Assembly: GCA_965223705.1 (NCBI GenBank) | Contig: OZ245015.1 | Location: forward strand, 4,096,001-4,160,000 | DNA from: Myxococcota bacterium | GTDB taxonomy: Bacteria; Myxococcota_A; UBA9160; UBA6930 | Reading direction: 5' to 3' | Length of the DNA stretch: 64,000 nt | Part shown: piece by piece, positions 33,027-40,759 of the stretch | How positions within the stretch are numbered: the first letter of the stretch is position 1 | How the letters are laid out: every line of letters begins with the position of its first letter | Translations under genes and position numbers: made by a program | Notes under the pieces: model-generated | The model's database searches: none | What the model was told of the DNA's origin: nothing | What the model saw: only the letters and a program-made list of their open reading frames with translations

Positions 33027-33048
33027 AACTCCTCCGCCTGATCGGTCG

Positions 33049-33078
33049 GAACAGTGGCGAAACTACGACGAAAGTCAA
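33049..33078 (-). promoter_or_regulatory. Putative lexA promoter with direct-repeat operator
   Basis: TTGACT -35 overlapping TTTC-N7-TTTC, then N6-GTTC. Confidence 0.45.
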
Positions 33079-33104
33079 GGCCTACGCGAGGCCCGGTACA
33101 AGAA

Positions 33105-33317
33105 TCAGCCCATCTTCTCTCGGGCGCGATCGATATCCGCGTCCATGATCGTCTTGCGCTTGTCGGCGATCGCGGAGGCGTGTGCTTCGCGCGCGAGACG
33201 AGCGAGGTAGTCCTCGGTCGCGCTCACCGCACGTTCGATCGCCGACCCCGAAACACGCAGGCCGTCGCCGTGCTTCGAGACCAGTCGCTTTACTACAGCG
33301 TTGGGTATATCACCCAT
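33105..33317 (-). CDS. Histone-fold protein (archaeal HMf-like, 70 aa)
   Basis: MGDIP.A...R, RVS..A, long alpha2, RKTI...DI..A; AGGAG SD 7 nt upstream. Confidence 0.88.
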   Translation of the reverse strand: MGDIPNAVVKRLVSKHGDGLRVSGSAIERAVSATEDYLARLAREAHASAIADKRKTIMDADIDRAREKMG

Positions 33318-33356
33318 GGGTCACTCCTATGGAGACCGTCCGGTGGGGGCGAGCGG

Positions 33357-33385
33357 AATCTAGGAACGGGAAACCGCTCCGTCAA
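33357..33385 (-). promoter_or_regulatory. sigma70 promoter of the histone gene
   Basis: TTGACG-N17-TAGATT. Confidence 0.65.
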
Positions 33386-33399
33386 CACGATCCCTGAGG

Positions 33400-34599
33400 C
33401 TAGGTCCCCCCGGCCGCTGCTTCCGCCGCACGGACCACCGCGGTGATCGCTACGCCGTGGCGGAGCGCCAAGCGCCTGCAGTCGTCGTACTCCGCGGACA
33501 CCGAGGCCGAACCATCCGGTTTTTGGGCGATTTTGACCCGCACCGCCCCGTACTCCGTCGAGACGCGTCGGGATTCCCGGGCGAGCACCCACCGATCGGA
33601 CTCGCCGTAGCGGACGCCCAAGGTTCCGGTCTCGAGAAACAGACGCTCGGCCACAGGCTGACGCCGATCCGGCGGGCACAGGATCCGCAGCGCAAAGCCC
33701 GGCCGGTTTTTCTTTCCGATCGTGTGGGTAAGGGAGACGTCCACGGCTCCCGCATCGAGCAGCCGCTCCAGTACGTAGTCGTAGTGCTCGGGCTGAAGGT
33801 CGTCGAGCTGCGTCTCGATCACGCCGATGCGATCGGATCGGGCGAAGGGCACCTGGCCGAGCACGGCGCGCAGGACGTTCGGCAGCGAGCCTTCCCGCTC
33901 GTTGCCCGCGCCGTAGCCGACGCGGTCGATCACCATCTCGGGGAGCTGCCGAAATTCGTCGACCAACACGCGAAGGAGCGTCGCCCCGGTCGGCGTGACC
34001 GTCTCCCAAGCGATGTCCGCCGGGGCCACCGGAATGCCGCGCAGCAGTTCGAGCGTGGCGGGTGCCGGAACCGGCAGCGTGCCGTGCGCGGTCTCGACCT
34101 GGCCGTGCCCGAGGCTCGGCGGCGTCGCTGTGATCCGCCGAATCCCGAGCGCGTGGGTCGCGAAGGCCGCGCCGACGATGTCGACCAACGCGTCGACGGC
34201 GCCGACTTCGTGAAAGTGGATGTCGTCCACCGAGACGCCGTGAATCTTCGCTTCGGCCCGAGCGAGCGCGAGGAACATCGCCAGCGCCCGCTCGCGAACG
34301 GGCTCTTCGAGCTTCGCGCCCTCGATGCGGTTGCCGATCTCTTCGAGTGTGCGCCGACCGACGGGCTTGCCGCCGCCGCCGACAGCGACGTAGCGAGCGG
34401 CGATCGCGCCACGCATCACCTTGCGGACCCGCAGCGAAAAGGGGACGCCCAACCCGTCGAGGCCCTCGACGAGCTCTTTGCGCGACAAGCCGAGGTCGAA
34501 AAGAGCGCCGAGAAACATATTGCCCGCGATGCCGGAAAAGGTGTCGAGGTGCAGGATCTGTTCGCCGCGAGCGGCGCCCTTCGTTTTCTTCCGACTCAT
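33400..34599 (-). CDS. larC: Nickel pincer cofactor biosynthesis protein LarC
   Basis: SGIAGNMFLGAL, HFHEVGAVD, HG.LPVPAPAT, TPTGA, KKNRPG, EYDD. Confidence 0.93.
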   Translation of the reverse strand: MSRKKTKGAARGEQILHLDTFSGIAGNMFLGALFDLGLSRKELVEGLDGLGVPFSLRVRKVMRGAIAARYVAVGGGGKPVGRRTLEEIGNRIEGAKLEEPVRERALAMFLALARAEAKIHGVSVDDIHFHEVGAVDALVDIVGAAFATHALGIRRITATPPSLGHGQVETAHGTLPVPAPATLELLRGIPVAPADIAWETVTPTGATLLRVLVDEFRQLPEMVIDRVGYGAGNEREGSLPNVLRAVLGQVPFARSDRIGVIETQLDDLQPEHYDYVLERLLDAGAVDVSLTHTIGKKNRPGFALRILCPPDRRQPVAERLFLETGTLGVRYGESDRWVLARESRRVSTEYGAVRVKIAQKPDGSASVSAEYDDCRRLALRHGVAITAVVRAAEAAAGGT

Positions 34600-34630
34600 G
34601 ACTCGCGGCCTACCCGGGTTGCAGCGGCCG

Positions 34631-35383
34631 TCATCGCTCGCGGTTGATCAAGGTAGCCACGACCGCGGCGCTGGTTCCATTGTCGATGTTCACGACGCTG
34701 ACGTTCGACGCACAGGAAGAAAGCATGCCCAGGAGCGCGGCCACGCCGCCGAACGATGCGCCGTAACCCGTGCTCGTCGGCACCGCGATCACCGGGCGGT
34801 CCACGAGCCCGGCCACAACGGAGGGCAGCGCGCCCTCCATACCCGCGACCACGATGAGCACGTGCGCAGCCCGCAATTGCGCGAGACGGTCGAGCAGGCG
34901 GTGGAGGCCCGCGACACCGACGTCCTCGACACATTCCACTTTGTTGCCGAGGCGGCGTGCGACAACGGCGGCCTCCGCTACGACCGGTGCATCGGCGCTC
35001 CCGGCGCTCACGACGAGCACGGTGCCGACCCCGGTGATGGGGACTTCGCCGGGCCCCCACCAAAGCGTGCGGCTCGCCGCGTCGTATTCCGCCCCCGGAA
35101 AGAGCGCGAGCGTATCCCGAGCCAGTTCGGCGTCGACGCGCGTCGCCAGCGCGGGCTGATTCGAATCGCGCAGCCCGCGTGCAACCGCGGCCAAGGTCTC
35201 CGGGGTTTTTCCGGCGCCGAAAATGATCTCGGGCAGGCCCTGTCGAACCGCGCGATGGGTATCGACGCGCGCGCCCGGAACGTCGCGGAACGGAAGCTCC
35301 GCCAACGCGACCATCGCGTTCTCGGGGGAAAGCGCACCCCTCTGGACGCGCTCGAGAAGTTCTAGCAACTGCTCTTTTTGCAC
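34631..35383 (-). CDS. larB: Nickel pincer cofactor biosynthesis protein LarB
   Basis: DVGVAGLHRL, AGMEGALPS, PTSTGYG, VNIDNG. Confidence 0.94.
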   Translation of the reverse strand: MQKEQLLELLERVQRGALSPENAMVALAELPFRDVPGARVDTHRAVRQGLPEIIFGAGKTPETLAAVARGLRDSNQPALATRVDAELARDTLALFPGAEYDAASRTLWWGPGEVPITGVGTVLVVSAGSADAPVVAEAAVVARRLGNKVECVEDVGVAGLHRLLDRLAQLRAAHVLIVVAGMEGALPSVVAGLVDRPVIAVPTSTGYGASFGGVAALLGMLSSCASNVSVVNIDNGTSAAVVATLINRER

Positions 35384-35430
35384 CGACGGAACCCTATCAG
35401 AGGGCCACGGTGCGGCCCATGGTCCGGGGC

Positions 35431-35982
35431 CTACGGTTCTTCGGGGAAGAGCGTGACGGGAATGCGGTAGAGCCCTTCGCGGTCGCGCACGGCGGTTTCC
35501 ACGCGCATCACGCTGCCGGTGCCACGGCGAACGGCCGACACCGCTTCGAGGGCAATACTTCCGTCGCGCGGAACGAGCACCGGAACCGAGGGCCGGAGGT
35601 CTAGCGCCAAGAGCGTTCCGATGGCGCCGATCAAGTGCGAGGCGAGGATGTTCGCCACTTCCTGAAGCGCCGAAACGCGGAGCGCTTCGCGATGGTCGGG
35701 TCCGAGCAGCGTTTCGCCGAGGCGAGCGGCGGTACCTTCGGGAAAACGAATCGCAACGGTTCCGCGAACGGGCCCTTCGATCTCAAAGAACGCAGCAGCG
35801 CACGTGGGTTCCGGATCGCGCGCACCGACGGCGGAGAGAGCCAACACCTGCGGGACATCCATCCAGCACTGCTTTTCGAGAAGAACGGCGAGGGCATCCG
35901 CGGCGTGGCCCGCGCCGACGTTCACCATCTCACGAAGGCGATCGACCCGATCGGACAGAACGTGGCAAGACAGTTGCGTCAT
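35431..35982 (-). CDS. cheC: CheC-like phosphatase (DifG-like)
   Basis: Two E-x-x-N motifs (EMVN, EVAN). Confidence 0.8.
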   Translation of the reverse strand: MTQLSCHVLSDRVDRLREMVNVGAGHAADALAVLLEKQCWMDVPQVLALSAVGARDPEPTCAAAFFEIEGPVRGTVAIRFPEGTAARLGETLLGPDHREALRVSALQEVANILASHLIGAIGTLLALDLRPSVPVLVPRDGSIALEAVSAVRRGTGSVMRVETAVRDREGLYRIPVTLFPEEP

Positions 35983-37597
35983 AGGAGGTGGTGGAGATCC
36001 AATGTGAAGACCGGGCTGCCGTTCCCGAGGACAGTGAGCCCGGCGAGCGCTCGGGCCGCGTCGAGGAACGCCGGCACGGGCTTGACGTAAATTTCTTCTT
36101 GGCCCGCGAGCCGGGTGACCCGGAGCGCGATCCGCGCGCCGCGAACTTCGGTGAGAACCAGGATCGCCGGCCCGTCTCCCGGATCGCTGGACGGGAGCGC
36201 CAGGGTTTCGGCCAGGTCGATCACCGGTACGGGCTCGTCATCGATCAAGGCGAACGCTTCCCGCCCGCTGTGCTCGATCGTTTCCTGCGTCACTTCGAGC
36301 GCGCGCTCCACCTTGCCGATGGGGATCGCGACCATCTCGTTCGAAACGCCCACCAGCAGCACGCGCTGGACGGCGGCGGTGACGGGAACACCGAGGGCTG
36401 TCGACGTGCCGACGCCGAGCTGCGATTCGAGCTCGACCCAGCCGCCAAGGGACTCGACAGTCGCTTTGACGGCATCCATTCCGACGCCCCGACCAGAGAT
36501 CTCGGACACTTCATCGCGCGTGGAGAGACCGGGGCGGAAGACGAGCGCTGCGACTTCGCTCGCCGGAAGATCCTCAGCCAAATCGGCGTGGAGAAGGCCG
36601 GCGTCGACGGCGCGATCGCGAACGGATTCGAGGTCGATCCCGCCCCCGTCGTCACGGACAACCAGGCGAATCGAGTCTTTTTCGCGCTGGGCCGAGACCA
36701 CGATCTGCCCGACGCGATTCTTGCCCCGGCGGACCCGCTCATCGGGGTCCTCGATTCCGTGGTCCACCGCGTTGCGCACGAGGTGAACGAGGGGATCGCT
36801 CAGGCGATCGAGAATGGCGCGGTCGAGCTCGAGCTCCGCACCCTCGAAGACCACTTCGACTTTCTTGCCGGCGGCTCGCGCGACGTCGCGGGCCACCCTC
36901 GGCAGGGGGTCGAGCACGCGCAACAGCGGCGCTGTCCGCAGGGAAAGCGCCCGACGCTGTAGCTCACTGACCGCTCGATCCATGCGGTCGAGCCCCGACG
37001 AAACCGTCCCGCTGGATTCTTCGGAACCGATACGCACCTGCCGAGACGTCAGCACGACTTCGCCTACGGTCGACAGAAAGCGATCCAACGTCTCGGTGCG
37101 GACCCGGACGCTCGGCGTCGCCGTCGGTCCTTTCGCGGGCTGGGCGTCGGCTGGACCTACCGACGCCCGGGCGCTTTTTTTGGTTCTCGCCGCTCGTGGG
37201 TTTCGATCGGCGGCTCATCGCTCGGAACGACCGGCACGGCCAACGCCTCGAGCAGCTCGGCGCCAGCGGCCGGAACCTCGCGGCCCTCGCGAACCGTTGC
37301 CACCATTCCCTCGAGACCTTCGAGTCCGTGAAAGAGAGCGGACAGGCCCGCTTCGTCTATGTGTCCCTCGGTGCGATACGCGTCCATGCGATCTTCCAAG
37401 CGATGCGCCACGTCGGCGATGCTGTCGTAACCGATAGAGGCGGCCATCCCCTTGATCGAGTGAGCCATTCGAAAGGCCGTGTCGATCGCCTCCGCTCGGT
37501 CGGGATCTTTTTCCAGTGCGAGCAATTCTCTCGAGAGCTCGGCGAGATGCTCCGTCGCCTCCTCGAGAAAGAGCTTCTTATACTTCTCGAGATCCAC
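35979..37597 (-). CDS. cheA: Chemotaxis kinase CheA (DifE-like) encoded across a -1 frameshift at about 37175
   Basis: Hpt (FRMAHSIKG) in 37157..37597; SVRV..ETLD dimerisation, HLVRNAVDHG, DDGGG, SGRGVGMD and CheW-like domain in the -1 frame; joined product about 539 aa. Confidence 0.88.
37142..37181 (-). other. Candidate -1 programmed frameshift cassette
   Basis: A7 (37175-37181), 6-nt spacer, 9-bp stem GGGCGTCGG/CCGACGCCC with the 0-frame TAG in the loop. Confidence 0.65.
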
Positions 37598-37965
37598 TAC
37601 TCGCTCTTCTCGAGCACCTTCCCGAGCGTCGCGATTACGGCTTCGGGTTTGAACGGCTTCACGATGAAGTCGAGCGCGCCGGCTTCCAGGGCCTCGGCGA
37701 CGAGGGACTCTTGGCCGAGCGCGCTGCACATCACGATCGCCGCGTTGGGATCGACCTTCACGATGGTTTTGACCGCATCGATTCCGGATCGCTTCGGCAT
37801 CACGATATCCATCATCGTGACGGTGGGGTGCAGCTCCTCCCACTTGTCGACGACTTCGAAGCCGTCGGAAGCTTCTCCGACCACTTCCCAACCTTCCGGC
37901 TCCACAATGTCTCGGATCATCTGCCGCATGAACGATGCGTCATCGGCGACGAGGATACGCTTCAT
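37597..37965 (-). CDS. cheY: CheY-like response regulator (DifD-like)
   Basis: ILVADD, MDIVMP, CSA, KPF. Confidence 0.93.
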   Translation of the reverse strand: MKRILVADDASFMRQMIRDIVEPEGWEVVGEASDGFEVVDKWEELHPTVTMMDIVMPKRSGIDAVKTIVKVDPNAAIVMCSALGQESLVAEALEAGALDFIVKPFKPEAVIATLGKVLEKSE

Positions 37966-38429
37966 CAAAAACCTCCGTGCAGCGAGCTCTCTCCGACGAC
38001 GCCGCGCCGAAAAATCTCACCGACTTGTTGAATCAATTTCTGGGGATCCAGAATTTGCACGACGCGCCCATCGATGGGCCGACGCTCTGCGACGATCGAA
38101 CCGTCCCGCGCGCGCGAGGCGTGGCCGTCGACCAGACCGCAGACGCGGTCGACGGGGACGCCGATCCGAGCGCTCTCCTCGGCTTCGGCCAGGACGAGCA
38201 GGTGCTCCGGCGTCTCGAGATCATTGCGATCGATCTCGAACAAGACTTCCCGGTGGATTACCGGGAGCGCATCGCCGTGGTGATTGGTGATCGCTCCGGT
38301 TCGAGGCGGGACCGTGGGGATACACGCGAGCGGACCGAGCTCTGCCACCTCGGCGACGGATGCGATGGGAAGGGCGTAGGTCGTCTCGTCGACCTCGAAC
38401 AACAAGAGACGCGCCGCCGGACCGTTCAT
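37965..38429 (-). CDS. cheW: CheW-like adaptor (DifC-like)
   Basis: [16 protein letters not shown]...[19 protein letters not shown]. Confidence 0.85.
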   Translation of the reverse strand: MNGPAARLLLFEVDETTYALPIASVAEVAELGPLACIPTVPPRTGAITNHHGDALPVIHREVLFEIDRNDLETPEHLLVLAEAEESARIGVPVDRVCGLVDGHASRARDGSIVAERRPIDGRVVQILDPQKLIQQVGEIFRRGVVGESSLHGGF

Positions 38430-39697
38430 GACTCGCTGCCGTTTCCCGCTCGGAAGCGCTGCGACAGTGTCCGCATCGCGTCCGCGCGCTGCGTCAAGGC
38501 TTCGGCGGAGCCGACGATCTCGCCCATGGAGTCGAGCTGCTGTTTCGACGCTCCGGCGACTTCTTCCATCGACGCTGCGTTCGTCTCGGCGACCCGGCCG
38601 ATCTCCTGCATCGACTGCACCATGCGTTCGGCGTCTTGCGACTGATTGTCGGCCTCGTTGAAGATCTCTTCGGCGCGCGCCGCGGCTTCGCCGACGGCAC
38701 CGCGAATCTGTTCCAGCGAGAGAGCGATCGTGTTCACGTCCTCGCGACCCTCGCCGATGACCTGGCCGGACTCCCGCATCTCGTCCGCCACGTTCTGCGT
38801 GTCGCCCTCGATCTCGTTGATGAGCTTCGAAATCTCGTCGGCACTTCGTGCGGCGCTCTCGGCGAGCTTGCGGATCTCGTCGGCGACGACCGCGAAGCCG
38901 CGCCCCGCCTCGCCGGCGCGCGCGGCCTCGATCGACGCGTTCAACGACAGCAGGTTCGTTCGCGACGCGACGCTCGTAATGATCTCGGTGATCTGGTGAA
39001 CGTGTCGGGTTTTCGCTTCGAGCTGGAAGACCATCGCTCCCGACTGCTCGACGCGTTCGAAGACACTGCGCATCTTTTCAATCGCGAGCCGCGAGACGTC
39101 GACACCCGAGTTCGCTTTCTGATTCGCTTCGGCCGCGAAGCCAAACGCTTCGCGCGCCCGTCCGGCGTTGAGCTCGATGGCGCTCGCCATTTCGCCCGCG
39201 AGACGCGTCACGTCCTCGATGAGGCGCTGTTGCTGTGCGACACCCGCCGCGACTTCGCCGACCGTGGTGCAGATCCCCTCGCCGCTGCTGCTGATCGAAC
39301 TCGAGGCACTCGCCAGGTGAGCGGCGGCAAAAGAAACGCCTTCCGACGTCGATTGGACCTCGCGCACGAGTTCGCGTAGCGCCTCGAGCATGTTCGAAAG
39401 ACCGGCCACGAAATCGTGTCGCTCGTCGGGAAACTGCGGCGACGCACGCAGTGCGGCGATGTCCGAAAGATCGCCTGCTCCCATCCGTTCCGCAGCGGCC
39501 AGAAGCTCGTGTTGGTGGTGCAGGAAACCGCGAGACGCGACGAATCCGGCGGCGGCGGCGAGGCCCGCGCAGAGAATCAACCCGACCCAAGCGGGCGCCC
39601 CCGCCCAAATCGCCCGGGTCGCCCACGGCGTGAGTGCGCCGAGCCACGCGATGGCGACGGTCGCAGCGACGAACTTATGGGTGAGTGATAGCCGCAC
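38426..39697 (-). CDS. Methyl-accepting chemotaxis protein without periplasmic domain (DifA-like)
   Basis: Two closely spaced TMs, [30 protein letters not shown]. Confidence 0.95.
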   Translation of the reverse strand: MRLSLTHKFVAATVAIAWLGALTPWATRAIWAGAPAWVGLILCAGLAAAAGFVASRGFLHHQHELLAAAERMGAGDLSDIAALRASPQFPDERHDFVAGLSNMLEALRELVREVQSTSEGVSFAAAHLASASSSISSSGEGICTTVGEVAAGVAQQQRLIEDVTRLAGEMASAIELNAGRAREAFGFAAEANQKANSGVDVSRLAIEKMRSVFERVEQSGAMVFQLEAKTRHVHQITEIITSVASRTNLLSLNASIEAARAGEAGRGFAVVADEIRKLAESAARSADEISKLINEIEGDTQNVADEMRESGQVIGEGREDVNTIALSLEQIRGAVGEAAARAEEIFNEADNQSQDAERMVQSMQEIGRVAETNAASMEEVAGASKQQLDSMGEIVGSAEALTQRADAMRTLSQRFRAGNGSES

Positions 39698-39705
39698 AAC
39701 GAGGT

Positions 39706-39733
39706 CTATCGGCGACCTCGCCGGGGTGCTTGA
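39706..39733 (-). promoter_or_regulatory. sigma28-like promoter candidate of the chemosensory operon
   Basis: TCAAG-N15-GCCGATAG, 8 nt before the GTG start. Confidence 0.5.
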
Positions 39734-39760
39734 CCGACGGTGCTCTCGCCGGAACTTGCG

Positions 39761-40729
39761 TTAGAAGTGCCGCCAGCCTGCGCCACGGCGAATGCGGCCG
39801 TTTCGGTAACGGAGGTTTCGCGCGGTGATGATCCCGATCTGACGAACTGGCACACCGATCCGAGCCGCGATGCTGGCCTCGCTCCCGGCGCGCGGGGACG
39901 CGGTGAAGAGCAACTCGTAGTCCTCTCCGAAAGCGGTCAATACATCGAGCGGCCGCTTTCCCAGCCGTTCGCAGGCGCGATCGAAACCCCGCCGCCGCGG
40001 CAGCGTCGCCAGATCGATCTCCGCGCCGACTCGAGAGGCTTTCGCGAGATGCGCCAGGTCGGACAAGAGCCCGTCGGAGAGATCGATACATGCGCCGACG
40101 CCCGGCAGACGCGCCAGGCGTCGACCGGCTTCGACGCGCGGTTGCGGCAGCGGGATGCGGTGCGCCGGGCGCCGCCCGGGGTCGGCGGCTCGCCGCGCGT
40201 GGGCGAGGCCCGCCTCTCCCAGGCGACCGGTCACGAAAACTCGCTGTCCGACCCGAGCACCGGATCGCGTGAGGGCCGTGCCGCGCGAGACGGCTCCGAC
40301 CACCGTCGTGTGCAGGGAGAATTGCCGCGCTCGCGTGACGTTCCCGCCGACCACGGGACAACCGAGCGATCGCCCGGCGCGCGCCGCGCCGCGCAAGGCA
40401 CCCCGCGCGAGCGCCGCATCGCTTGAGGGCGGAGCGGCGAGGGACAAGAGTGCGCCCAACGGGCGCGCGCCCATCGCCGCGAGATCGGACAGGGCGCCCC
40501 GCAGCGCGCGAGCGCCGATCCGTGCCGGTCGCTCGGCGTCGATGCGAAAATGAACTCCGTCGACGACGGCGTCGACGCTCAGAGCGACATCTTCGCCGGG
40601 CTTCGGGCGCAGCAGCGCTGCGTCGTCGCCGATGCCCAGGTGGATTCCCGACGAAGCCTCGGCGTCCTTGCGCGCCTCGCGCTCGATCTGTTCGATGAGG
40701 CCGAATTCGCCGAGTTCCCGGAGCTGCAT
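39761..40729 (-). CDS. thiL: Thiamine-monophosphate kinase
   Basis: GEFGLI, GIGDDAA, SDLAAMGA, DLSDGL, GEDYEL. Confidence 0.95.
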   Translation of the reverse strand: MQLRELGEFGLIEQIEREARKDAEASSGIHLGIGDDAALLRPKPGEDVALSVDAVVDGVHFRIDAERPARIGARALRGALSDLAAMGARPLGALLSLAAPPSSDAALARGALRGAARAGRSLGCPVVGGNVTRARQFSLHTTVVGAVSRGTALTRSGARVGQRVFVTGRLGEAGLAHARRAADPGRRPAHRIPLPQPRVEAGRRLARLPGVGACIDLSDGLLSDLAHLAKASRVGAEIDLATLPRRRGFDRACERLGKRPLDVLTAFGEDYELLFTASPRAGSEASIAARIGVPVRQIGIITARNLRYRNGRIRRGAGWRHF

Positions 40730-40759
40730 CGCGGAGAGGCTAGCTTGCTCCGAAGCGGT

